Counted from the first letter of the stretch, positions 1-10,390 are shown. The stretch is DNA of 64,000 nucleotides from Hyphomicrobiales bacterium (GCA_019247605.1 JAFBAS010000048.1:2843-66842), one strand, 5' to 3'. The notes: generated from the sequence alone by a model not told the origin. Numbers and translations are program-made.

Positions 1-2
1 CC

Positions 3-92
3 GAAGCCAAGGTGTTCGTCGACTATGACGGGCGCCTCGCCTCACGCGTGCAGGAGCACTCCGTCTCGGGCGGGTTGAAGATACGGTTTTGA
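3..92 (+). CDS. 3' end of an outer-membrane beta-barrel protein (autotransporter-like), truncated by the window start
   Basis: Frame 3 reads EAKVFVDYDGRLASRVQEHSVSGGLKIRF-stop: alternating hydrophobic pattern and terminal Phe typical of autotransporter barrels. Confidence 0.65.
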   Translation, partial: EAKVFVDYDGRLASRVQEHSVSGGLKIRF

Positions 93-124
93 TCAAGGCG
101 CCGGCGGAAGGAGGTGCAAACTCT

Positions 125-209
125 CCGCTCATCCCCGCGAAGGCGGGGACCCAGATTCTCATAGGCCTACCTTGCAAGTCTAGTTTCCCGCCTTCGCGGG
201 AATGAGCGG
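125..209. repeat. REP-like inverted doublet (CATYCCCGCGAAGGCGGG family)
   Basis: ccgctcatccccgcgaaggcggggaccca at 125-153 and near-perfect inverted copy tagtttcccgccttcgcgggaatgagcgg at 181-209; each unit is itself palindromic. Confidence 0.8.
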
Positions 210-292
210 GGGTGAGGCGGGTAGGTCTGCGCTAGCACAAATCCGTGCCCTTACCGCCCCGCCAACTTTGGGCTTGCAAAATGGTAGGCGGT

Positions 293-332
293 CCCTCTCC
301 CGCACAATTGCTTTGCAATTGCGGGGAGAGGG
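293..332. repeat. Second palindromic repeat (CCCTCTCCC...GGGAGAGGG type)
   Basis: ccctctcccgcacaattgctttgcaattgcggggagaggg forms a long hairpin; end motifs resemble rhizobial intergenic repeats. Confidence 0.6.
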
Positions 333-426
333 AGGGACGCGTCGCTTTCTTCTCCACCTCCGGTAAGCGCACTCAATCTCCTTGACGCGACCGGGGAGGT
401 TGCGGGCACAATGAAGGCCCCAACGC

Positions 427-1758
427 TTGGAGGCTCCGGTGCTAGGAACTGATGCGACGCATGATCCGGCACGTCGGAGCTTCGTCGAAGCGGCCAATCT
501 CGCCCGCGCCGATTTTCCCTTGCAGAACCTGCCCTTCGGCATCTTCAAACGGGCGAGTGACGCGACCGGCAGAGGAGGGGTGGCGATCGGCGACCAAATT
601 CTCGATCTTGCCGCCGCTCAAGAGGCCGGGCTTTTTGCAGGAGCCGTCGAGAAGACGGCAAACGCGGCCAAAGGCCCCACCCTCAATGCGCTGATGGCGC
701 TCGGCAACCATGCGGCTTCCGCCTTGCGGGCGCGCTTGTGCAACCTCCTCGACGCAAAGAACCCTGAGCGCCGCAAAATCGAGCCCCTGCTCGTGCCGAT
801 GAGCGAAGTGTCGATGCAAATGCCGGTCGCAGTGGGAAATTTCACCGACTTCCTCACGTCGAGCTTCCACAGCGAGCGGCTCTCGCCATCGGGCAAAGTG
901 CCGCCAAGCTTCAAGGCCATGCCGATCGCCTATCACAGCCGGGCGAGCTCGGTGAGGGTATCGGGCGAAACCGTCACCCGGCCGCATGGCCAATGGCTCG
1001 ATCAAGACAACATCATGCGTTTTGGACCGACACGCGCCCTCGACTACGAGCTCGAGGTCGGCGCCTTCGTCGGCATCGGCAATGAGCTCGGCCAGCCCAT
1101 CCCGATCGAGGAGGCACGCACGCACATCTTCGGCTATTGCCTGCTCGACGATTGGTCGGCGCGCGACATCCAGCGCGGCGAAAGCGTGCCGCTCGGCCCG
1201 TTCCTCGCGAAAAGCCTGTCGACCAGCATTTCGCCCTGGGTGATCACCGAGGCGGCGATGCGCCCCTTTCGGACGCCTGCCTTCGCGCGACCTGAGGGCG
1301 ATCCGGCGCCTCCTTCCTATCTCGATTCACCGCGCGAGCGCGAGAATGGCGGCTTCGATCTCAAATTGCGCGCCTTGCTGCGCACGAGACGAATGCGCGA
1401 GGCCGGACAAGGAGGGGAGCCGATCACCAATACCAATTTCAAGCATATGTATTGGACCTTCGCGCAAATGCTCACCCATCACGCGAGCAATGGCTGCAAT
1501 CTGATGCCGGGCGACATTTTCGCGAGCGGAACGACATCGGGCCCCGCCGAGGAAAGCCGCGCCTGCCTTGCCGAGATCACGGCGCGCGGCAGCAAACCGA
1601 TCACGCTCTCGAATGGCGAGACGCGAGCATGGCTCGAGGACGGCGACGAGGTGATCTTCCGCGCAAGAGCCGAGCGCGAGGGTTTCACTCCGATCGGCTT
1701 TGGCGAGTGCCGAGGGGTGATCGGACCGGCCGTGAATTTTCCCGCGGCGGCACGCTGA
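427..1758 (+). CDS. fahA: Fumarylacetoacetase
   Basis: FPLQNLPFGIF N-terminus, LDYELE, DWSARDIQ, HHASNGCNLMPGD motifs. Confidence 0.88.
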   Translation: MEAPVLGTDATHDPARRSFVEAANLARADFPLQNLPFGIFKRASDATGRGGVAIGDQILDLAAAQEAGLFAGAVEKTANAAKGPTLNALMALGNHAASALRARLCNLLDAKNPERRKIEPLLVPMSEVSMQMPVAVGNFTDFLTSSFHSERLSPSGKVPPSFKAMPIAYHSRASSVRVSGETVTRPHGQWLDQDNIMRFGPTRALDYELEVGAFVGIGNELGQPIPIEEARTHIFGYCLLDDWSARDIQRGESVPLGPFLAKSLSTSISPWVITEAAMRPFRTPAFARPEGDPAPPSYLDSPRERENGGFDLKLRALLRTRRMREAGQGGEPITNTNFKHMYWTFAQMLTHHASNGCNLMPGDIFASGTTSGPAEESRACLAEITARGSKPITLSNGETRAWLEDGDEVIFRARAEREGFTPIGFGECRGVIGPAVNFPAAAR

Positions 1759-1796
1759 AACCTGCACCCCATCGAGCCTTGAGCCCAGAGGAAGCC

Positions 1797-2585
1797 ATGC
1801 CGCGCCGCTTCATCGACATCTCTGTTCCGCTCAAAAGCGGGATCGCGAGCGATCCGCCGCAGATGGCGCCCCGGATCGAATATCTCGATCATCATGAGAC
1901 CGCGCCCGGCCTTGCCGAATTTTTCGGCGTGCCGCTCGAAGCCCTGCCCAACGGGGAGTATTGCGCCATCGAACGCTGCGCGATCTCCACGCATAACGGC
2001 ACGCATCTCGACGCGCCCTACCACTTCTTCTCCTCGATGAACCACCGGCTGAAGCCGGGGGGAGATGCCTCGATGCGCATCGACGAGGTACCGCTCGAAT
2101 GGTGCTTCCAGCCAGGCGTGAAGCTCGACTTTCGTCATTTCGATGATGGCTATGTCGCGACCCCGTCCGACGTGGAAGCGGAGCTCGAGCGCATCGGCCA
2201 CGAATTGCGCCCACTCGAGATCGTTGTCGTCAACACGCGAGCCGGCGCCCGCTACGGCGAGGACGACTATGTCGATGCAGGTTGTGGAATGGGAAAGGCC
2301 GCGACCTTATGGATGCTCGAGCGCGGCGTGCGGCTCGTCGGCACCGACGGCTGGAGCTGGGACGCGCCCTTCTCTCATACACGACGCAAGGTGGAGGCGA
2401 CGGGCGATGCTTCCCTGATCTGGGAAGGCCATCGCGCAGGTCGCGAGATCGGCTATTCACATCTCGAAAAGCTCGCCAATCTCGAGGCCTTGCCGGCGGA
2501 CGGCTTCGAGATCGTGTGCTTTCCCGTGAAAGTGCATCGCGGCTCGGCCGGATGGACGCGAGCGGTCGCGATCCTTCCGGAATAG
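1797..2585 (+). CDS. Cyclase family metal-dependent hydrolase (KynB-like)
   Basis: HNGTHLDAPYH (HxGTHxDxPxH) motif, GTDGWSWD, HLEKL; ATG at 1797 after a purine-rich RBS-like stretch. Confidence 0.88.
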   Translation: MPRRFIDISVPLKSGIASDPPQMAPRIEYLDHHETAPGLAEFFGVPLEALPNGEYCAIERCAISTHNGTHLDAPYHFFSSMNHRLKPGGDASMRIDEVPLEWCFQPGVKLDFRHFDDGYVATPSDVEAELERIGHELRPLEIVVVNTRAGARYGEDDYVDAGCGMGKAATLWMLERGVRLVGTDGWSWDAPFSHTRRKVEATGDASLIWEGHRAGREIGYSHLEKLANLEALPADGFEIVCFPVKVHRGSAGWTRAVAILPE

Positions 2586-2587
2586 GA

Positions 2588-3580
2588 TCAGCGATAGACG
2601 GCCTTCATCGCGGCCTCGGGATAGCGCATGCCGAAAGCCGAGCCAACGGCCACCAACCCTGATATTTCATCGGCCTCCCGCGGGGAGAGCCGTACCGACA
2701 GGGCTCCGAGATTCTCATCGAGCCGCTCTTTGCGTTTGGTGCCGGGGATCGGCACGATGTCCGGCCCCCGCGCGAGCAGCCAAGCAATGGCGAGCTGGCC
2801 GAGCGTGCAGCCTTTCTTGGCCGCGATCGTGCGCAAGGGCAAAAGGAGATCGAGATTGCGCTCGAGATTGTCCTTTGCAAAGCGCGGGTGCCGCCGATGA
2901 GGGTCGTCGGCCTTCATGTCGCTTGCGCTCGCGAGCTTCCCGGTCAAGAGGCTTCGCCCCAAGGGAGAATAAGCCACGAAGCTGATGCCGAGCTCGCGCG
3001 TGGTGCGCAGCGTTTCTTCTGCCTCGACGCGGTAGAGAAGCGAAAACTCCAATTGCACGGCGGCGATCTTGTGCACCTTGTGCGCGCGACGGATCGTTTC
3101 GGGGCGCGCTTCGCTCAAGCCCAAGGCGCGCACCTTGCCCTCTCGTACGAGCTCAGCCATGGCGCCGACCGTTTCTTCGATCGGCACGTCGGGGTCGACG
3201 CGATGCTGGTAATAGAGGTCGATGACCTGCGTGCCGAGGCGCTTCAGGCTCGCTTCGCATGCCTGCTTCACATAGGCCGGACGGCCGTCAACGCCATTAG
3301 CGCCGCCTTCCTGGCGCGTCTGGCCGAATTTCGTGGCGAGCACGATTTCGGATCGCCGGTTACCGAGGGCTTGACCGAGCAGCGTCTCGTTATGGCCCCA
3401 GCCATACATGTCGGACGAGTCGAAAAAGGTGACGCCGCGGTCGAGCGCGGCGTGGATCACATCGGTCGCCGCCTTGTCATCGCTCGGCCCGTAAGCTCCG
3501 GAGAAGGACATGCAGCCAAGTCCAAGCGCCGAAACGCTCAAGCCGCTCGCGCCGAGTTGTCTGCGAGGCAAGGTCGTCAT
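2588..3580 (-). CDS. Aldo/keto reductase
   Basis: LGLGCMS, FDSSDMYG, LATKFG, DLYYQHRVDP, IPGTK motifs. Confidence 0.92.
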   Translation of the reverse strand: MTTLPRRQLGASGLSVSALGLGCMSFSGAYGPSDDKAATDVIHAALDRGVTFFDSSDMYGWGHNETLLGQALGNRRSEIVLATKFGQTRQEGGANGVDGRPAYVKQACEASLKRLGTQVIDLYYQHRVDPDVPIEETVGAMAELVREGKVRALGLSEARPETIRRAHKVHKIAAVQLEFSLLYRVEAEETLRTTRELGISFVAYSPLGRSLLTGKLASASDMKADDPHRRHPRFAKDNLERNLDLLLPLRTIAAKKGCTLGQLAIAWLLARGPDIVPIPGTKRKERLDENLGALSVRLSPREADEISGLVAVGSAFGMRYPEAAMKAVYR

Positions 3581-3822
3581 CCTGTAAGCTCCAATCGCAT
3601 CGCCCGGCCGTTTCCTTCAGGACCCGTGGCTATCGGGCCGGCTTCTTGCCCGTCCTCTGGATGCAGTCAACGGAAAAGAGCGCAGGGCGCCGCGCTAGCG
3701 GATGTCGAGGAGCGGCGGCGCGATTCGCTCGGTTGCAGAAACAGGCAGCAAAGACTCGGCATACAGGGTTGGCTAAGCTGCCGTTTTGACCATCACTCCC
3801 TCGAACTCGAGATGAGCCTTGC

Positions 3823-5298
3823 ATGAAATTCGGTGAATTCCCCAAGCTGGCATCCTTCGGCAGCGTTGCAGCTTTTCGCGCCCATCTCGACGCGCTTGGC
3901 CTCGATATGCCTTGTGACGATATCGTCGCGAGCGGAGCCACTTGCGTTTTCGCCGCGCCCATCGAGGTCGCCGGCATGAAGATCGGCAATCGCCTCGCGC
4001 TCAACCCGATGGAGGGCTGGGATGGTGAGCCGGATGGGCGCCCGAGCGAAAATACGATCCGACGCTGGCGGCGCTTCGGCGCGAGCGGTGGCAAGCTCGT
4101 GTGGGGAGGCGAGGCTGTCGCGGTGCGGCCTGATGGACGCGCCAATCCCAACCAGCTCGTGATGTCGGCCTCGACCCAGGCTGAGATCGCTCGCCTTCGC
4201 GAAGCTCTGGTCGAGGCCCACCGCGAAGCAATGGGCAGCGATGAGGGCCTCGTGATCGGCTTGCAGCTCACTCATTCCGGACGTTTCTGCAAGCCGAACG
4301 ATCATAAGAAGTTCGAGCCGTTCGTGGCGTACCGGCACCCCCTGCTCGACCGAAAATTCGGATACCCCGCCGATCGGCCGGTGATGAGCGACGACGAGAT
4401 TCGCCGCCTCGTCGAGGACTTCGTGATCGCAGCGAAACGGGCGCAAGAAGCAGGCTTCGATTTCGTCGACATCAAGCATTGCCACGGCTATCTCGCCCAT
4501 GAGTTCCTCAGTGCGCATACGAGGCCAGGTCCCTATGGCGGCAGCTTGGAGAATCGCACCCGCTTCCTGCGCGAGGTCGTCGCTGGCGTGAGGTCTCGAG
4601 CGCCCGGCCTCGGCATCGGCGTGAGGTTGAGCGCGGCCGATCTCGTGCCCTTCCGCCCCGACCCTGCTCGATCGAAGCCCGGAGCACTCGGACCCGGCAT
4701 CCCCGAGGATTTCTCGTCGCTTCTGCCTTACGTCTATGCTTTCGGAGCCGCGCCGCACAATCCGACTGAGATCGATCTTGCGGAGCCCTTCGCTCTTTTC
4801 GGTATCCTGCGCGGCCTCGATATCCGCTTCGTGAACGTGACGCTCGCGAGCCCTTATTACAACCCGCATGTTACCCGACCCGCCCTTTACCCGCCCTCGG
4901 ACGGCTATTTTCCGCCTGAAGACCCGCTCGTCGGTGTCATGCGCCATCTCTACGTCGTGAGGCGTCTGAAAGAGGCCCATCCCGACTTTTGCCTGATGGG
5001 CTCCGGCTACACCTATTTGCAGGAGTTTTTGCCGAATGTTGCCCAGGCGGTGTTGCGCCTCAATTGGACCGATTTCGTCGGTCTCGGCCGCATGCTGCTC
5101 GCTTATCCGGAGCTCGTCCGCGACCTTCTCGAAGGCAAGTCGATGCAAAAGAAGCGGCTTTGCCGAAGCTTCAGCGACTGTACCACAGCTCCGAGGAACG
5201 GCCTCGTCTCGGGCTGCTATCCCCTCGACGCCCATTACAAAAAATCAGAAGAATTCAAACGATTGGCCGCTCTCAAGAAGCCCGCGAAGACGGCGTAA
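3823..5298 (+). CDS. NADH:flavin oxidoreductase (Old Yellow Enzyme family)
   Basis: NRLALNPMEG, GLQLTHSGR, AQEAGFDFVDIKHCHGYL, SLENRTRF, GLGRM motifs. Confidence 0.88.
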   Translation: MKFGEFPKLASFGSVAAFRAHLDALGLDMPCDDIVASGATCVFAAPIEVAGMKIGNRLALNPMEGWDGEPDGRPSENTIRRWRRFGASGGKLVWGGEAVAVRPDGRANPNQLVMSASTQAEIARLREALVEAHREAMGSDEGLVIGLQLTHSGRFCKPNDHKKFEPFVAYRHPLLDRKFGYPADRPVMSDDEIRRLVEDFVIAAKRAQEAGFDFVDIKHCHGYLAHEFLSAHTRPGPYGGSLENRTRFLREVVAGVRSRAPGLGIGVRLSAADLVPFRPDPARSKPGALGPGIPEDFSSLLPYVYAFGAAPHNPTEIDLAEPFALFGILRGLDIRFVNVTLASPYYNPHVTRPALYPPSDGYFPPEDPLVGVMRHLYVVRRLKEAHPDFCLMGSGYTYLQEFLPNVAQAVLRLNWTDFVGLGRMLLAYPELVRDLLEGKSMQKKRLCRSFSDCTTAPRNGLVSGCYPLDAHYKKSEEFKRLAALKKPAKTA

Positions 5299-5638
5299 GC
5301 CAATTTCGCGCGACGGGCGCGCGCATAGGACGCAAGCTTCGCGTTTTGCATCCGGGCACGCGCTGGCCTAAAAGGCTGCACGCAAAAAGATCAACGGGAG
5401 CTTGCTTCAGCATTGGGAAGCACGCCTTCGCGTTGTCGTCTGTCTCGAGGCAAGCCGGGCTTCGCGCTCGGAGATGTTTTTTCAAGAAGCACGACCTATT
5501 TGAGAGGCGTTTGAAGGTGAGGTTTCACGGGGCACAGAAGCCTGAGGCGATGAAAGTTTCGCCATGCGCGAACACGAGCGCCGGAGATTTGTGTCGGCGC
5601 AAAGAAACCCCCTTGCAAAATCATCGGGCCGAAACTGA

Positions 5639-8600
5639 ATGGTGAACTTCTTCCTCGAGCGGCCGATCTTCGCCTCCGCGATCGCCATCATCATGGTGCT
5701 CGCGGGCGCGGTCTGCTATCGTCTTTTGCCCGTCTCGCAATTCCCGGAAATCACCCCGCCGCAAGTCGTGGTGAGCGCGCATTACCCCGGTGCAAGCGCG
5801 CAAGTCGTGTCGGACACGGTGACCACGCCTCTCGAGCAGCAGATCAACGGTGTCGCCGGCATGACCTACATGTCGTCGGTGAGCGCCAATGACGGCTCAT
5901 CGACGATCACCATCACCTTCGATGTCGGGTATCCGCTCAATGTCGCGGCCGTCGATGTGCAAAACCGCGTCTCGCAAGCTTCCTCCTCGCTTCCCGGCAT
6001 CGTCAATCAGGGCGGCGTCACGATCACCAAACAGAACCCGAACTTCGTCCTGATCGTCAATCTCTTCTCTCCCGACGATTCCGTCGATGCCGTGGCGTTG
6101 AGCAACTACGCCTATCTGCAGATCGCCGACCCGCTGAAACGCCTTCCAGGTGTCGGTGATGTCGTGATCTTCGGCGAGCGGCGCTATTCGATGCGCATCT
6201 GGCTCAACCCTGATCGCATGGCCGAGCTCGGCGTCACCGCCGTCGACGTGCAAAACGCAATCGCCGAGCAGAACGTGCAGGTCGCGGCGGGCAAGATCGG
6301 CGAGGAGCCGGCACCTCCCGGCACTCCCTTTGAAGTGCAGGTGAACGCGGTCGGGCGCTTGAGCGATCCGGCACAGTTCGGCGACATCATCTTGCGCGCG
6401 GCTCCCAACAGAGGAGCGGTCGTGCATCTTCGCGACGTGGCGCGCATCGAGCTCGGCGCGCTGCAATACGCCTCATCGGCCTTTCTCGACGACAAGCCGA
6501 CGATAGTTCTCGGCGTCTTTCAGATGCCCGGATCGAACGCGCTCGAGTTGCAGCAGCACGTTCAAGACAAGATGGTGGAACTTGCGAAGCGGTTCCCCAA
6601 GGGCATCGATTATGCGATGCGCTACGACACGACGCGCTTCGTCTCGGCTTCCATGCGCGATGTGCTCTTCACGCTCACGGAAGCCTTGCTCCTCGTCATC
6701 GCCGTCGTATTCGTATTCCTTCAGAGCTGGCGAACGACGATCATCCCAAGCGTCGCCATACCGGTTTCGCTCGTCGCCACGCTTGTGGTGATGAAGGTTC
6801 TCGGCTTTTCGCTCAACACATTGAGTCTTCTCGGCATGGTGCTGGCGATCGGGCTCGTGGTCGACGACGCCATCGTGGTCGTTGAGAACGTCGAGCGCCA
6901 GCTCGAGGCGGGGCTTGCACCGCTCGCCGCCGCACGCAAGGCCATGACGGAGGTGATCGGGCCGATCATCGCCACCACCGCCGTATTGATGGCAGTGTTC
7001 ATCCCGGTTGCTTTCCTTCCGGGGGTCACGGGCCGCCTCTACAACCAATTCGCCCTGACGATCGCCATATCGGTCGGCATCTCGGCCTTCAACTCGCTCA
7101 CCTTGAGCCCGGCCCTTTGCGCGGCTTTCTTGCGCGAACGCGAGCCTCCGCGCTTCGTGCTGTTTCGCTGGTTCAATGCCGGTTTCACCTGGCTTGCGCA
7201 CTCCTATGCGCGCAGCGTCCGTTTCCTCATCCGCATCCGCTGGGCGATGCTCGCGCTCTTCGCCGCCGGCATCGCTGCCACCTACCTCGTCTCGCTCCGC
7301 ATCCCCTCGACTTTCCTGCCCGTCGAGGACCAGGGGTATTTTTTTGTGGTGATCCAGCTCCCGGACGGCGCCTCGCTGCAACGCACGGATGCGGTGGCCA
7401 AGCAAGTGCGCGAGACCTTGCTGCGAACGCCGGGCGTCCAGGATGTCGTATCGATCAGCGGTTTCAACTTCCTCACCTTCGCCAATCAATCGAATGCCGG
7501 CGTCGAATTCGCGATCCTCAAGCCTTGGGATGAACGCGGGCCTGAGCAGACGGCTTCGCGCCTCGTCGGTTCCGTGCGCCCGGCACTCCTGCAAATCCCG
7601 GACGCTTTCGCGCTCTCATTCGATCCGCCGTCGATCCCGGGACTTGGCGCGACAGGCGGCTTCGAGTTCCAGCTCGAGGACCTCACGGGGCGCGGCAGCG
7701 TTGCGCTCAACGATGTGGCACAGGCTCTGCTCGTGGAAGCCCGCAAGCAGAAAGAGCTGAACGCACAGCAGTTGTTCACCTCTTTCAGCACATCGACACC
7801 GCAACTCAACTACGATCTCGACCGCACCAAGGCGAAGCTTCTGGGCTTGAATCTGCCCGATGTCTTCAACACGCTGCAGATCTTTTTCGGCTCGCTTTAC
7901 GTGAACGACTTCAATCTTTTTGGGCGCACCTTCCGCGTGACGCTCCAGGCCGACAAGAATGCCCGCGCCGAAGCCTCCGATCTCTCGCGGCTCTATGTGC
8001 GCAACGCCTCGGGCGGCATGGTGCCTCTCAGCACCCTCGGTGCGCTCAAGCCGATCGTCGGGCCCGAGACCGTGCCCCATTACAACAATTACGCCTCGGC
8101 CCTGATCAATGGGGGCGCGGCACAAGGCTATTCCTCGGGCCAAGCGATCGCGGCGATGGAACGTGTCGCCGCGACGGTGCTGCCCGCCGATTTCGGCTTC
8201 GAATGGACAGGCATCACTTACCAGGAGCTCAAGGCGGGCTCGGTCGCGACCCTCGTCTTCGGGCTCGCCCTCGTTTTCGTGTTCCTCATCCTTGCGGCCC
8301 AATATGAGAGCTGGACCATGCCTTTCATGGTTCTTCTCACGGTGCCGCTTGCCCTTTTCGGTGCGATCTCGGGCTTGTTTTTGCGCAACATCCAGATCGA
8401 CGTGTATTCGCAGATCGGCTTCGTGATGCTCATCGGCCTCTCCGCCAAGAACGCGATTCTGATCGTCGAATTCGCGAGACGCCGACGCGAAGAGGGCTTG
8501 AGCATCGTGGAGGCTGCGATGGAGGCGGCGCGCCTTCGGCTTCGTCCGATTCTCATGACCGCCTTCGCCTTCATTCTCGGCGTCGTGCCGTTGATGTTCG

Positions 8601-8803
8601 CGCATGGCGCTGGTGCGGCAGGGCGCCAATCGATCGGCACCACCGTGTTCAGCGGCATGCTGGCCGCCACGGCTCTCACGCTTGTCTTCGTGCCGATTTT
8701 CTACGCCCTGATTGAGCGCTTGCGCGAAGGGCGCGAGGTTGAGAAGGCCGCGCCCGCGCCCGTGCCCTATCGCTTCGATCCCGAAGCCAAGGCCGCGGAA
8801 TAG
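5639..8803 (+). CDS. RND efflux permease (HAE1/AcrB-like)
   Basis: 1054 aa; FFLERPIFA N-terminus, GLVVDDAIVVVENVER, GLSAKNAILIVEFA, RLRPILMT. Confidence 0.95.
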   Translation: MVNFFLERPIFASAIAIIMVLAGAVCYRLLPVSQFPEITPPQVVVSAHYPGASAQVVSDTVTTPLEQQINGVAGMTYMSSVSANDGSSTITITFDVGYPLNVAAVDVQNRVSQASSSLPGIVNQGGVTITKQNPNFVLIVNLFSPDDSVDAVALSNYAYLQIADPLKRLPGVGDVVIFGERRYSMRIWLNPDRMAELGVTAVDVQNAIAEQNVQVAAGKIGEEPAPPGTPFEVQVNAVGRLSDPAQFGDIILRAAPNRGAVVHLRDVARIELGALQYASSAFLDDKPTIVLGVFQMPGSNALELQQHVQDKMVELAKRFPKGIDYAMRYDTTRFVSASMRDVLFTLTEALLLVIAVVFVFLQSWRTTIIPSVAIPVSLVATLVVMKVLGFSLNTLSLLGMVLAIGLVVDDAIVVVENVERQLEAGLAPLAAARKAMTEVIGPIIATTAVLMAVFIPVAFLPGVTGRLYNQFALTIAISVGISAFNSLTLSPALCAAFLREREPPRFVLFRWFNAGFTWLAHSYARSVRFLIRIRWAMLALFAAGIAATYLVSLRIPSTFLPVEDQGYFFVVIQLPDGASLQRTDAVAKQVRETLLRTPGVQDVVSISGFNFLTFANQSNAGVEFAILKPWDERGPEQTASRLVGSVRPALLQIPDAFALSFDPPSIPGLGATGGFEFQLEDLTGRGSVALNDVAQALLVEARKQKELNAQQLFTSFSTSTPQLNYDLDRTKAKLLGLNLPDVFNTLQIFFGSLYVNDFNLFGRTFRVTLQADKNARAEASDLSRLYVRNASGGMVPLSTLGALKPIVGPETVPHYNNYASALINGGAAQGYSSGQAIAAMERVAATVLPADFGFEWTGITYQELKAGSVATLVFGLALVFVFLILAAQYESWTMPFMVLLTVPLALFGAISGLFLRNIQIDVYSQIGFVMLIGLSAKNAILIVEFARRRREEGLSIVEAAMEAARLRLRPILMTAFAFILGVVPLMFAHGAGAAGRQSIGTTVFSGMLAATALTLVFVPIFYALIERLREGREVEKAAPAPVPYRFDPEAKAAE

Positions 8804-8820
8804 AACGAGAGAGCGACACG

Positions 8821-9978
8821 ATGCGCGGCTGGAAAATCGCCCTCACCACGATTGTGCTGCTCGCGGCGGGCACCGCGACGGCAATTTATTTCCGCGGCTA
8901 CGATTTGGGAATGGGAGCATTCAGTGCTCCGGCCCAGGCGCCCGCGCAGCATGCCTTTGTCATGCCGGTGCCGGTCACGCCCGTCGTCAAGAAGACCGTG
9001 CCGATCGATCTCGAGTATTCGGCGCGAACGGAGTCGATCCGGAACATCCCGTTGCAGGCACGCGTCACCGGCTACATCGCGGCGCAGCTCGCGCCGGACG
9101 GCGCGGATGTGAAGGAAGGCGACCTCCTCTACCGGATCGATCCGCGTGATTTGCAGGCTGCACTCGACCAGGCGACGGCGCAACAGCAGCGCGACACCGC
9201 GGCGCTCGAATATGCGCGCGCCAATTACAATCGGGGCGATGAGCTCGTGAAAAGCGGCTTCGTCGCCAAGGACACGCTCGAACAGCGCGAGAGCGCGCTG
9301 CGTCAGGCGCAAGCCGCCGTCACCATGGATCAGGCCTTGATCCGCACCGCCCAGCTCAACCTCGGCTACGCGGAGATCCGCGCACCGTTCTCAGGCCGCA
9401 TTGGGCGAAACCAGGCGCCGATCGGGACGCTAGTCAGCGTGGCGGGCACAACCCTCAACACGCTCGTCCAGCTCGACCCGATCTACGTCACCTTCAACCC
9501 GAGCGAAGCCGACCTGCCCGACATCCAGAAGGCCTATGCGGCCGGCAAGGTCGAGGTGGAGGTTCTGGTTCCGGCCGAGTCCGCGGCGCACCACAAGGGT
9601 GAGCTTACCTTCATCGACAACATCGTTGACCGCGCGACTGGCACGATTACAGCACGCGCCACGATCGCCAATGGAGACTTCGCGCTTCTTCCCGGCCAAT
9701 ATGTGCATGCGCGGCTGCACCTCAAGGACGAGCCCGACGCGCTTCTCGTGCCGCAGACGGCGCTCGGCTCGAGCCAGCTCGGCAAATATGTCTATGTGGT
9801 GGGCGCGGACAACAAGGCCGAGCAGCGCCTCGTGACGCTCGGCCCAACTGCCGGCGATCTCGTCGTGGTGACGAAGGGCGTGAGCGAGGGCGACCGGATC
9901 ATCACCGGCAATCTCCAGAAGATCGGCCCTGGAGCACCGGTCCAGCCCCTCCCCGCAAAAGCACAATCGGGGACATGA
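8821..9978 (+). CDS. RND periplasmic adaptor (membrane fusion protein)
   Basis: N-terminal TM, ARVTGYI, G..VKEGDLLYRID, IRAPFSGRIG, FIDNIVDRATGTI. Confidence 0.93.
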   Translation: MRGWKIALTTIVLLAAGTATAIYFRGYDLGMGAFSAPAQAPAQHAFVMPVPVTPVVKKTVPIDLEYSARTESIRNIPLQARVTGYIAAQLAPDGADVKEGDLLYRIDPRDLQAALDQATAQQQRDTAALEYARANYNRGDELVKSGFVAKDTLEQRESALRQAQAAVTMDQALIRTAQLNLGYAEIRAPFSGRIGRNQAPIGTLVSVAGTTLNTLVQLDPIYVTFNPSEADLPDIQKAYAAGKVEVEVLVPAESAAHHKGELTFIDNIVDRATGTITARATIANGDFALLPGQYVHARLHLKDEPDALLVPQTALGSSQLGKYVYVVGADNKAEQRLVTLGPTAGDLVVVTKGVSEGDRIITGNLQKIGPGAPVQPLPAKAQSGT

Positions 9979-9994
9979 GGGCGGGAGTCGGTAG

Positions 9995-10344
9995 TCAAAA
10001 GGCAATCCTGGTCTCGATCACGTCATAGTCCGCGCGCACTTCGTCACTCGGCGCATCGAGCAGCCCTGCCGCTTTCAAGGCCCGCCCATCCGCGTGAACA
10101 TTGCTGTAGTCGCGCCCGAGCGCCTTGGCCAACGCCCGAATGCTGGTGACCTTGTGCTATGAACATGGCGCAATAGCTCGATCCGTTTACAAGTTAGAAC
10201 GCGGGTGAGAGCATCCCAGCTTTCGAAAGACAATCTACGCTCATGGAAGCTCTCGCCTCTTTCAGCGCGATGCCAGGCATCGATGAATCGGTGCGAAGCA
10301 TGCTTTTCCGTTGCACCGCCGACAGTGATTTTCACAGTGTTCAC
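9995..10344 (-). pseudogene. Frameshifted HVO_A0114-like HTH antitoxin/regulator
   Basis: ORF 10075-10344 (...VLTCKRIELLRHVH) continues after a 1-nt frameshift near 10157 as HKVTSIRALAKALGRDYSNVHAD..ALKAAGLLD...ADYDVIETRIAF-stop at 9995. Confidence 0.75.
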
Positions 10345-10388
10345 TTCTCGTTACCTCGCAATATGTGAACGTCCGACCAGAATTCATT
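10341..10388 (-). pseudogene. C-terminal remnant of the cognate toxin (DUF6516/TumE-like)
   Basis: NEFWSDVHILRGNEK-stop; the TGA overlaps the antitoxin GTG (GTGA); resembles the FWxDV C-terminus of DUF6516 proteins. Confidence 0.45.
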
Positions 10389-10390
10389 TT

